From an uncultured Candidatus Saccharibacteria bacterium (lineage in GTDB: Bacteria > Patescibacteriota > Saccharimonadia > CAILAD01 > BJGX01): a DNA stretch of 64,000 bases. This document shows, piece by piece, positions 1 through 10,616 of this stretch (within the stretch, counting starts at the first letter, position 1; each line of letters opens with the position of its first letter). The stretch spans positions 1,375 to 65,374 of the forward strand of contig CAZWVB010000002.1 in assembly GCA_964637185.1 (NCBI GenBank). The letters are read 5' to 3'. Under the pieces are notes generated by a model. It was given only the letters and a program-made list of their open reading frames with translations. It did no database searches and was not told where the DNA came from. The position numbers were made by a program, and so were the translations under genes.

Positions 1-573
1 TGATTTAGCAAAACCACGCATTACCACAATTGAGCAAACAATTACCACTAGTACTGCCAAGACAATTACTCCCATCAACAATCGGAGCTCCATAGTACCG
101 GCGAGTGTCCAGGCGGCTTGTAGTTTGGGACTCAGTGAGTTGATTGAGAATACGGCCGCTGTCACCACACCCAGTACGGCACCCGCCATAACTTCATGAG
201 GTTTGTGCCCCAATATCTCTCGTACTTTGACCGAATCATCAGCACCACGGACTGCACCAGACTTGCCTAGCTCATCAACTATTTGGTTGATAGCCCTAGC
301 CTGCTCGCCAGCTGCTCGCCGCACTCCAAAGCTATCGTACATCACTATAGCAGCTAATATTGCCGTGACCCCAAATATAGGGCTATCTGCGCCTGCGTTG
401 AAAAGCGCATAAGCGGCCAAGCTGCAGACTACCGCAGAATGCACGCTAGGCATACCTCCACTAGCATATAGATAGCGCAGGTCTGCTTCGCCACGAATCA
501 AGGCAATCGTAAATTTTAGAAGCTGGGCGATAGCCCAAGCTATAAGCGGCACATACAAATAGGGCGTGATCAC
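1..573 (-). CDS. Divergent PAP2/DUF212-family membrane protein. Partial: the C-terminal part runs off the window start.
   Basis: Minus-strand ORF with a GTG start at 573, preceded by GAGGAA 7 nt upstream. It has no stop inside the window. The translation contains YLYASGGMPSVHSA, which matches the DUF212/'acid phosphatase-vanadium haloperoxidase related' signature GGMPSSHSA, plus several hydrophobic helices. It is missing from the ORF track because it has a GTG start and no stop. Confidence 0.55.
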   Translation of the reverse strand, partial: MITPYLYVPLIAWAIAQLLKFTIALIRGEADLRYLYASGGMPSVHSAVVCSLAAYALFNAGADSPIFGVTAILAAIVMYDSFGVRRAAGEQARAINQIVDELGKSGAVRGADDSVKVREILGHKPHEVMAGAVLGVVTAAVFSINSLSPKLQAAWTLAGTMELRLLMGVIVLAVLVVIVCSIVVMRGFAKS

Positions 574-611
574 GTCTTATTCCTCACTCATATATATATG
601 ACTATTATACC

Positions 612-1178
612 TTAGTCCAAGCTGGAACTGAAGACCAGACCGTAGTGATAGCCAGTGATGTGTAGTACACGTTTGAATTTGAGGCCACATTGGGCCAATA
701 GCTGAATAGCTTGCTCCTTACTCATCCGTCGCTCATGCAATGGACCGACTTTTTCTTGCTGAGTATCCCAATCAATCAATACTACCTCGCTTTGAGGCTT
801 GAGAAACTGCCCGATACTTAGACAAAAAGCATCGGGATGAAAAGAATTCGAAAGCAAGTTGGTCAATAATACTAGATCCACGCTACCTACCTCTATCGAT
901 TTGCCAAGCAATACATCGCCCAGCAATACCGGTTTAATATGAGTATGCTCATGTACAGAGCGAACATGTTCGAGTGATTCACTATTGGGTCCAGCAATAT
1001 ACAGAGTTCCTTTGGGGCCGATTAACTTGCATGCCGCACGATGAAAATAACCTACCGGCATACCTATCTCAAGTATGGTATCGCCTTCACGAATATCCAA
1101 CTCGGCCAATATTTGTTCAGGACGAGCAAAGTTGCGTGACAATTGCGACAGTATGTTGTGAGGCAGGCGACTTAGCAT
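612..1178 (-). CDS. Class I SAM-dependent methyltransferase
   Basis: 188 aa. Gly-rich motif I-like segment DTILEIGMPVGYF followed by LYIAGPN. Size and motif spacing are typical of small Rossmann methyltransferases. Confidence 0.5.
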   Translation of the reverse strand: MLSRLPHNILSQLSRNFARPEQILAELDIREGDTILEIGMPVGYFHRAACKLIGPKGTLYIAGPNSESLEHVRSVHEHTHIKPVLLGDVLLGKSIEVGSVDLVLLTNLLSNSFHPDAFCLSIGQFLKPQSEVVLIDWDTQQEKVGPLHERRMSKEQAIQLLAQCGLKFKRVLHITGYHYGLVFSSSLD

Positions 1179-1232
1179 AACTAATACAAGTATAAAGTTA
1201 AAACTATGAAGTTGAAAGTACCAAGCAAAAGT

Positions 1233-3329
1233 CTATTGGCCAGACTTGCGGCTGACTCGATACAGCATGCCCGCAACTAGCAGTGCTAGTAACGACAAGA
1301 ATGGTATGAAATATGGGTTGCTGGCGCTACGAGTAGTGCTATGTGTTGGCATTTGAGGCTCAGACTTTGCACCAGCATCACTATTGATGCTACTGGCCTG
1401 TTGGCTCATTTGGCCGATGTTTTGGCTACTGCTTACGATATTTTGCACAACAGCATTTGAGCTAGCTATGTCAGTCCCAGCCTGAGTTGCTGTATTGGTT
1501 GATGCATTAGTCATCGGGGTGTTGCCATATGGAGTATCAATACCAAAACTACCAAGCCAATCACCAAAAACGTTGATGATAAAAACCCCAAAGAATTTGG
1601 ACAAACCAAATGTTGAGTTGATGATATTACCAACATTGGCTGCTATTTTGGCATCACCACTAGTGGCATCACCAGCTTTGGTATTGCCGCTAACATCAGC
1701 GTTGCCGCTACGAGCAGACAGGTTGAGGTTGTTGTTGATAGTATTTTGGTTGGTATTGTTGAGAGTAGTACTACCTTCAGGTAGGCTTGAGTTGAGCTGA
1801 TCCGACTGTACCCCACCACCCAACACAGCACTTGTAGCACCCTGAGGTGCATCCATTATTAGCCCAAGCCATTTACCAAACACATTGACAAACACTAGTA
1901 CGGCATTCTCGGCTACTACATTGTGACCGGTCAGATTGAGTAAGGTCACCTGACTATTAGCATCGCCGGTCTTGGCACTACCGGCCTGTGTGTTGTTATC
2001 AACATTGGCGTTGCCAGACCGCGCGTCAGTGGTGATATTGTTGGCTATAGTATCGATATTCTGGGTATTGCTGAGCAGATCTCGATTGTGATTCTCTGTA
2101 ATCTGATTGTTGGAATTACTGCCAGTGGTATTGATGCTATTGCTGCTGCCACCAGACGGTGCGTTGCTAGCGATGAGACTATTCAAGAAATTCTGTGGTA
2201 GCAAAACATCGCCAGTAAAATTACCATAAACATTGAGCACCCCAAAGAATGACTGACGAGCCGATATAGCCGAGCCAATCAAATTTAGTAGATTGAGCAG
2301 TACATTGGCATTACCTGACTTGGCATTGCCCCCCTCAGTGTTACCACTTACACTAGCATCACCACTACGAGCAGCTAGATCAAGATTGTTGTTGATAGTA
2401 TTGAGATTGGTAGCGTTGATAGTAACATCTCCATTGTTCGTACCATCGATAGTATTGTTACTATTTGAGCCAGTATTACCGATGGAGTTGTTCTGCGATG
2501 ATCCAGACTTGTTGCTAGCAGAGTTGATAGTAGGTAGGTTGAGCATGATATCACCATTGAGATCGCCATAAACGTTTTTGACAAAGCTCATCAGCTGGCC
2601 ACCTGACAAATCCCAGGCCGAGCGAAGCAAGTTGAGGATATTGGCCAATGTGTTGGCATCGCCAGTGGTAGCATCGCTGGCTTTGGTATTGCCATTGACC
2701 GATGCGTTGCCGCTCAACGAATTCATATTGAAGTAATTGGCAACTTCTGTTCGGGAGAATAGATCAAAAAAACCATTGCTGTTGTTGAGAACAGTAGACT
2801 GATTGTTGGAGCCTGGACCGGTGTTGTTGATGCTGGCTTTACTGCTCGGCTGTGCCAAGCCCAATGCATCTACAGCTTGTTTGCTCAATACTACCGGAGT
2901 AGCAACATATCGACCAGTACTTGCATCATAAGTCCACTGCTGTGAACTCCAGGTACCCGTGGCTGGGTCAAAAAAGTAATCAGGCACGTCTTTGGGCCTA
3001 CTCTGATGAGTTGTCGGATCCCATATATAGTGATCGTTTTCCCAGTTGCCAGTGTCTTTGTTGTAAGTATAAGTTGAAGCCGAATCACCAGTTGGCTTTT
3101 GAGGGCCTGGGTCTACAGTAGGGCCGGGATCAGTGGTCGGGCCAATTGGCGGTGTTTGCGGCTCAGCCGGTGTAGTTGTTGCAGTTTGTTGAGAAGCGTC
3201 AGTAGAGTCTTCAGCTGCCAATGCGACAAGTGGACTAGAAAGAATTAGCGAGAGTGCCAAAACCAAGCTCAGTAGCGATTGAGCCAATTTACGGAGTTTG
3301 TTGCTGATAGTGTTGCTTGGTATGTTCAT
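1233..3329 (-). CDS. Large secreted or cell-surface repeat protein (about 700 aa) with a C-terminal hydrophobic anchor.
   Basis: The ORF extends to 3395, but the in-frame ATG at 3329 has a strong RBS (GAGAGGGAAAA) and begins a signal peptide (MNIPSNTISNKLRKLAQSLLSLVLALSLILSSPLVALAAE). A Pro/Thr-rich linker follows, then four ~60-aa repeats (ARSGNA-V-GNT-AG-A-SGDAN ... F-G-LNVYG-F-GD). The C-terminal hydrophobic segment ends in a basic tail (…LLVAGMLYRVSRKSGQ). Confidence 0.7.
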   Translation of the reverse strand: MNIPSNTISNKLRKLAQSLLSLVLALSLILSSPLVALAAEDSTDASQQTATTTPAEPQTPPIGPTTDPGPTVDPGPQKPTGDSASTYTYNKDTGNWENDHYIWDPTTHQSRPKDVPDYFFDPATGTWSSQQWTYDASTGRYVATPVVLSKQAVDALGLAQPSSKASINNTGPGSNNQSTVLNNSNGFFDLFSRTEVANYFNMNSLSGNASVNGNTKASDATTGDANTLANILNLLRSAWDLSGGQLMSFVKNVYGDLNGDIMLNLPTINSASNKSGSSQNNSIGNTGSNSNNTIDGTNNGDVTINATNLNTINNNLDLAARSGDASVSGNTEGGNAKSGNANVLLNLLNLIGSAISARQSFFGVLNVYGNFTGDVLLPQNFLNSLIASNAPSGGSSNSINTTGSNSNNQITENHNRDLLSNTQNIDTIANNITTDARSGNANVDNNTQAGSAKTGDANSQVTLLNLTGHNVVAENAVLVFVNVFGKWLGLIMDAPQGATSAVLGGGVQSDQLNSSLPEGSTTLNNTNQNTINNNLNLSARSGNADVSGNTKAGDATSGDAKIAANVGNIINSTFGLSKFFGVFIINVFGDWLGSFGIDTPYGNTPMTNASTNTATQAGTDIASSNAVVQNIVSSSQNIGQMSQQASSINSDAGAKSEPQMPTHSTTRSASNPYFIPFLSLLALLVAGMLYRVSRKSGQ

Positions 3330-3404
3330 AATATTTTCCCTCTCATTGGATAATTGCTGGCGCCTGTCCGCCAAAAACGGACGAGGCTGCCACACATACT
3401 AGTA

Positions 3405-3977
3405 CTAGTTAGAAACTGATACTGAAGTAGTGCTGGAGTTGCTGTTGGTGACGCTACCACTGACGGCTGAGCCGGCTGTAGTGTTGTTGTTCACATGAGC
3501 ATTACCAGTAGTACCGGTCTGACTGTTGGTGTTAGTTACGGTCACAACATTGTTGTTGGTGACAACGCTGTTAACAGCGTTTGTAAAGAACACTTGGTTG
3601 TTCGAGTTAGGACCAGTAACTGAGATAGTCGAGCTGTTGTTGCCCAAGACAGGCAGTACCAAACCACCACCAACATTGCTGAAAGCAAAGCTGGTAGAGC
3701 TGGAAGCGCTGTTGGTAACATTGCCACTCATGGCTGAACCGCCAGTAGTGTTGTTGTTGACCTGAGCATTACCAGTAGTACCACTTTGAGCATTGGCGTT
3801 GGTAGCAACACCAGTGTTGTTGTTGGTACGGGTAGATGTCCAAGTGTTGTTCTCGGTTACTTGGTTGTTGCTGCTAGGACCAGTAGTACCGATCACAGCA
3901 GAACTAGCCGAGACTACACCGGCAGTCATACCTAGGCTGGCAACTGCAACAGCTGCATAACGTAGTGCTTTTTTCAT
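3405..3977 (-). CDS. Secreted Asn/Thr/Gly-rich tandem-repeat protein, paralogous to neighbouring genes.
   Basis: ATG at 3977 with an AGGAGGTGA RBS and a signal peptide (MKKALRYAAVAVASLGMTAGVVSASSA). Two ~70-aa tandem repeats (GP-SNNQV…TGTTGNA-VNNNTT-GSA-SG-VTNS-SS) share their motif with the 195-aa and ~700-aa neighbours. Confidence 0.65.
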   Translation of the reverse strand: MKKALRYAAVAVASLGMTAGVVSASSAVIGTTGPSSNNQVTENNTWTSTRTNNNTGVATNANAQSGTTGNAQVNNNTTGGSAMSGNVTNSASSSTSFAFSNVGGGLVLPVLGNNSSTISVTGPNSNNQVFFTNAVNSVVTNNNVVTVTNTNSQTGTTGNAHVNNNTTAGSAVSGSVTNSNSSTTSVSVSN

Positions 3978-4078
3978 AGGTTTTTCACCTCCTATCATTA
4001 GTTATTTTCTTGGGCTTTCTCGAGCCCATCTCGGAGTAGCTGACTGCTCCGGGATGGACCCACGAAGGGTCCAATAAC

Positions 4079-4666
4079 TTAAGCGATTTGAGAAAGTTTA
4101 GTCATGCGTCGGGTCATGAGCCGTCCATAGCCATAGGTGCTAGCCAGCGCGATTGCTGCTGCTAGTGCAGTCATGGTCCAACTCCACTGTGGCAAACTCA
4201 TGGGCGCTTGTCCAAGTACACCCTGGCGAGCTCGCATCAATGCGTCGAGCAGGCGCAAATCAATGGGGCCCATTGCGCCGGTACGTGGCAAGGTAGCTTC
4301 TTGAGCCGCTGCCTGCTGAGCAGCAGTTGGAGTTACATTTGTGCCACCTCCTTGGCCACCAGTATTATTGATAGCTACGGTGGTAACAAATGAGTTGGTA
4401 TTGGTCACACTGCCGGAGACTGCATCGCCTCCCAATGTATTCTCGTTGACTTGTGCATTGCCTGTATTACCGCCTTGCCCATTGCCATTGCTGCCTACAA
4501 CTGTATCGTTGTTGACGACGCTCTCTACATATGAGTTGGTAATGGTTGCGCTATTGTTGCTACCCGCTCCAGTGCCAGTAATTGATGTTGTATCGGCGTG
4601 TGCTACGCCAGCGGTTGCCAAACTTACCAGCAGGCTGGCAGCGGCGATTAATTGTGCTTTTTTCAT
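4079..4666 (-). CDS. LPXTG-type (LPRTG) sortase-substrate surface protein of the same repeat family.
   Basis: AAGGAGGA RBS and a signal peptide (MKKAQLIAAASLLVSLATAGVAHA). The repeat NTGNAQVNENTLGGDAVSGSVTNTNS is shared with the neighbouring genes. The C-terminal LPRTG is followed by a hydrophobic stretch and a basic tail (…ALAAAIALASTYGYGRLMTRRMTK). Confidence 0.7.
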   Translation of the reverse strand: MKKAQLIAAASLLVSLATAGVAHADTTSITGTGAGSNNSATITNSYVESVVNNDTVVGSNGNGQGGNTGNAQVNENTLGGDAVSGSVTNTNSFVTTVAINNTGGQGGGTNVTPTAAQQAAAQEATLPRTGAMGPIDLRLLDALMRARQGVLGQAPMSLPQWSWTMTALAAAIALASTYGYGRLMTRRMTKLSQIA

Positions 4667-5505
4667 ACTAATCCTCCTTCGTTAGTTTGTTGAATTATTT
4701 TTTTGTTGCCGAAGCACGAAAAAACCGAGCCTTGATTTTTAAACAGTCCCGGTTGCATAGAAAGATATTGGAAGTATAACAAAGCTGCAGCATCAGCCAG
4801 ATCTGCGCGCGCAGCGTGCTGGTAACGGGTTTTGCGTAATAGGGAAATACCTACTCCCACCATCAACAGTATCGTGGCCAAACTCAAGCCAATTACCTCA
4901 GGTACAGACGTTGATGTTGGTAACGCTACGAAGATCTCCAATAGGGACCAGCCTTGGCTAGCAACTTGGGAGCCTACATAGGCCATGCCAAATAAAATCA
5001 TGAGTGGGTTGGAAGTAACCGGTAATTGGGGAGTGCTTGGCACTGGGGTATTGGTAGTCAGGGCAGCCGGTGCAGTCAGTGCGATGTCTCCTTGTTGAGC
5101 AGTAAGCTGTGTATGCCGTATTGTTGCCGTATATACTGGCATCTTCACGGCACTGGGATCATCCCGTACTAGACCAGCTGCTGCTGGAGTAGTTGTTACC
5201 TGCCCTCGTGCTGCCGCTGGGGTAGTTGAGACTTCGGCAAGGTTGCCAGAGTCCAATTGGGCTGGCGGCTGGCTATCGTTTTTGGTGTCACCAATCACTA
5301 CTGATTTTTGTGTATGCTCTTCTACCGTGGTTGATTCATGGTGTTCAACAACTTCTTTATGAGCCTCTGTGATAGCTCCTTGCTGAGCCTTCTCCATAGG
5401 TTCGTTTGATACTTCTGCAGCTGCACGGGCACGTGAGGCAGTAGCGCCAAAAGCAACTACCACGGTCAGCAGCAAAAGTACAAAACGAACTGTACGTACA
5501 CCCAT
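4663..5505 (-). CDS. Secreted/membrane Thr/Pro-rich protein with C-terminal transmembrane helices. First gene of the repeat-protein operon.
   Basis: AAAGGAGTAA RBS and an N-terminal signal-like hydrophobic segment (MGVRTVRFVLLLLTVVVAFGATASRARAAAEV). Low-complexity T/P/A-rich middle and two C-terminal hydrophobic helices. A 4-nt overlap with the next gene suggests translational coupling. Confidence 0.55.
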   Translation of the reverse strand: MGVRTVRFVLLLLTVVVAFGATASRARAAAEVSNEPMEKAQQGAITEAHKEVVEHHESTTVEEHTQKSVVIGDTKNDSQPPAQLDSGNLAEVSTTPAAARGQVTTTPAAAGLVRDDPSAVKMPVYTATIRHTQLTAQQGDIALTAPAALTTNTPVPSTPQLPVTSNPLMILFGMAYVGSQVASQGWSLLEIFVALPTSTSVPEVIGLSLATILLMVGVGISLLRKTRYQHAARADLADAAALLYFQYLSMQPGLFKNQGSVFSCFGNKKIIQQTNEGGLV

Positions 5506-5697
5506 AAATTACTCCTTTTTGCGATTAACAGTCGGGACTCTCTGCCGCACAGAATTCACTACTGTCTACATAGACTATACAAAGCTCATACAGAAGGTGC
5601 AATAAGATTTTTTACTTTTTTGTAGATTTTGTGTTTATTTCTGACTTTATACTGCTCAATACATTTAATGTCAAGCAAGAGCTTTTTATTGCTCAGG

Positions 5698-8223
5698 CTA
5701 TTTGGAGTTCTCTGTGTCCGGCGCAACTGCGTCTTTGGCAAGCTGATCTTCAATAACAGTAACTGATGCTATTTCATCACCATCATTCAGACGCATGATA
5801 CGCACACCTTGGGTAGAACGGCCAATCTGCGGAATGTCTTGCAGGTGTAGGCGGATTACCTGGCCAAGTTTGGAAATTAGCAGCACGTCAGCTTTGTCTT
5901 CATTGGTGATCCTTACATCAACGGCCTTGCCCGTCTTCTGTGTGACTACGCCAGCGCGGATACCAACACCACCCCGATTGTGAGTAGAGAACTGCTTCGA
6001 GCTCGTGCGTTTGCCGTAGCCATTTTGCATTACTACTAACATCATAGCTTCTTGGCCACCAATCACATCCACACCAACCACACTGTCTTCACTACGCAGA
6101 CGAATACCACGCACGCCGCGTGTCGCGCGCCCCATTGGCCGTACATCAGTCTCCTTAAATCGAATGGCTTGAGCCATGGCGGTAGATATAATTACCTCAT
6201 CCTGGCCGGAGGTCTTTTTGACCCATCGTAGTTGGTCGCCTGAGTCTAGCTTGATCGCCACAATACCGGAAGTACGAATATTGGCAAAGTCTTTGAGCGC
6301 GGTCTTTTTGATGGTCCCATTGCGGGTTGCCATGAAAAGATATTGGGTCTGATCGTCTTTGACCAAAGCAACCAAGGCGGTTACTTTCTCGTCTGGGCTA
6401 AGATTGAGCACATTCATAATTGAAGCACCTTTGGCTACCCGTGAGGCGGGCGGCAGCTCGTAAGCCTTTAGCTTGAAAACGCGACCAGCCGAAGTGAAGA
6501 ACAAGATAGTGTCATGTGAGTTGGCGTGTACCAGATGTTCAACAACGTCCTCTTCCTTGGTTGTCATACCCATTTTGCCTTTGCCGCCCCGACCCTGGCT
6601 AGCATAGGTACTGGTAGGGATGCGTTTGATATAGTTGCCCTTAGTAAGTGTGATGATCACTTCTTCATCAGGAATAAGATCTTCATCGGAGAAGTTGCCG
6701 ATGGCTTTTTTCACTATCTTGGTACGGCGAGCATCGGCATATTTTTCTTTGATTGCCAGCAATTCCTCGCGAATTACTTTAAGGATGTTTGCCTCATCGC
6801 TCAGGATAGTTTCGAGCTCTTTGATGAGTTTTTGCAGAGCATCGTACTCATCTTCAATCTTTTTACGCTCCAGCCCGGCCAAGGTACGCAGTTGCATGGC
6901 AAGTATCGCGTTGGCTTGGACCTCGGTCAGCTTAAAGCGCGACATCAAATTGGCCCGGGCTTCTTCTTGGGTCTCTGATTCTCGAATAGTTGATATCACG
7001 GCGTCAATCTGGTCAAGCGCAATTTTGAGACCTTCCAGGATGTGAGCACGGTCCTTGGCCTTTTTGAGCTCAAACTCAGTACGACGTCGCACCACTACCT
7101 GACGATGCTTGAGGTATTCACGTAATACCATCTCCAGATTGAGTACGCGTGGTTGAATACCGTCTACCAAAGCCAACATATTGACGTGGAAGGCTGTCTG
7201 CATGGTAGTAAGCTTGTACAACTGATTGAGCAATTTGTTGGCGTAAGCGTCTTTTTTGAGCTCTATGACAATCCGGACAGCTTCCTTGGCGGACTCATCG
7301 CGCAAGTCAGCAATGCCCATAACTTTCTTGTCACGATGTAGCTCAGCTATCTTCTCAATCAATTGCGACGGGTTGACTTGATATGGCACTTCACTGATTA
7401 CTATGCGCTCGCGGCCTTTGCTGTCTTCTTCAATTTCGGCTACCGCCCGCATGGTGATACTGCCCTTACCAGTGCCATAAGCTTGTGCGATCGAACCGTC
7501 GTCATATATGACACCGCCAGTAGGGAAATCAGGGCCTTTGATAATCTTCGTCAGCTCGGCCACGCCTGCCTCTGGTGTGTCGATAAGGCAAATTACGCCG
7601 TCAATAACTTCGGCCAAATTGTGTGTTGGGATATTGGTGGCCATGCCCACCGCGATACCTTGTACGCCATTGAGTAGTAGGTTGGGCAATTTGGCTGGTA
7701 GTACTCTCGGCTCTTGTTGGCTACCGTCATAGTTGGGGATGAAGTCTACTGTGTCTTTGTCAATGTCAGCCAGCATTTCCTCAGCAATCTTAGTCATGCG
7801 GGCTTCGGTATAGCGCATGGCAGCAGGTGCGTCACCATCGATCGAGCCAAAGTTACCTTGGCCGTCGACCAACATGTAGCGCATCGACCAGTACTGAGCC
7901 ATACGTGCCATCGAATCATAAATGGCGGCATCGCCATGGGGATGGTATTTGGCCATCACCACGCCGACAGTGTTGGCAGACTTGCGGTATTTGGCGGTCG
8001 AGCGCAGACCTTCTTGTAACATCGTAAATAGGATGCGACGATGGACTGGCTTAAGGCCGTCGCGCACATCCGGCAAAGCTCGTGCCACAATCACACTCAT
8101 GGCGTAGTCAAGATAGCTTTTTTCCATCTCTGTCTCGACTGTCCGTGGTGCTATGAGGCCAAACTCAGTCTTCTGAGGCTCTAGCTTGCTATCATCAAAG
8201 GCAATGAATTCTGGTTCTTCCAT
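5698..8223 (-). CDS. gyrA: DNA gyrase subunit A
   Basis: 841 aa. Canonical GyrA motifs (…HPHGDAAIYDSMARMAQYWSMRYMLVDGQGNFGS…, AAMRYTEARM, active-site region), followed by C-terminal beta-pinwheel repeats. It lies directly downstream of gyrB. Confidence 0.95.
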   Translation of the reverse strand: MEEPEFIAFDDSKLEPQKTEFGLIAPRTVETEMEKSYLDYAMSVIVARALPDVRDGLKPVHRRILFTMLQEGLRSTAKYRKSANTVGVVMAKYHPHGDAAIYDSMARMAQYWSMRYMLVDGQGNFGSIDGDAPAAMRYTEARMTKIAEEMLADIDKDTVDFIPNYDGSQQEPRVLPAKLPNLLLNGVQGIAVGMATNIPTHNLAEVIDGVICLIDTPEAGVAELTKIIKGPDFPTGGVIYDDGSIAQAYGTGKGSITMRAVAEIEEDSKGRERIVISEVPYQVNPSQLIEKIAELHRDKKVMGIADLRDESAKEAVRIVIELKKDAYANKLLNQLYKLTTMQTAFHVNMLALVDGIQPRVLNLEMVLREYLKHRQVVVRRRTEFELKKAKDRAHILEGLKIALDQIDAVISTIRESETQEEARANLMSRFKLTEVQANAILAMQLRTLAGLERKKIEDEYDALQKLIKELETILSDEANILKVIREELLAIKEKYADARRTKIVKKAIGNFSDEDLIPDEEVIITLTKGNYIKRIPTSTYASQGRGGKGKMGMTTKEEDVVEHLVHANSHDTILFFTSAGRVFKLKAYELPPASRVAKGASIMNVLNLSPDEKVTALVALVKDDQTQYLFMATRNGTIKKTALKDFANIRTSGIVAIKLDSGDQLRWVKKTSGQDEVIISTAMAQAIRFKETDVRPMGRATRGVRGIRLRSEDSVVGVDVIGGQEAMMLVVMQNGYGKRTSSKQFSTHNRGGVGIRAGVVTQKTGKAVDVRITNEDKADVLLISKLGQVIRLHLQDIPQIGRSTQGVRIMRLNDGDEIASVTVIEDQLAKDAVAPDTENSK

Positions 8224-8225
8224 GG

Positions 8226-10301
<2,076 letters not shown>

Positions 10302-10616
10302 CTAGTATATCACCCTCTTTTTAGACAAATAAAACATGAGCTTTTCAACTCACTTGCTAACTACTATTATAGCTACTTAACAGGTTACAAGCAAGTGCTA
10401 TAACCTGGGATAACGATTACAATTACTACTTAATTGGTTCTGGGTAGCACCTAATTTTACTGGAAGAGAATCAAGGTTTCTGCAAGTTGTTGGTTGATAT
10501 CGGCAATCTTACCCACTTGTTGCTGAACCGCGTTGGTAATAACGGCTTTTAGCTTGTCGTATTTGACACCCTGAATCTCGCCATCTTTGTTGTTATAACA
10601 TTCTTAATAACTATTG

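Noticed and set aside
203-412. Plus-strand 69-aa ORF at the window start
   Set aside because: It lies entirely inside, and antisense to, a much better minus-strand gene: the GTG-initiated DUF212/PAP2-like ORF with an RBS and family motif. It has no RBS and a low-complexity translation.
6526-8107. Multiple 60–150-aa plus-strand ORFs inside gyrA/gyrB and the giant fibre genes
   Set aside because: All are antisense to, or out-of-frame within, long genes with unambiguous motifs. Chance ORFs.
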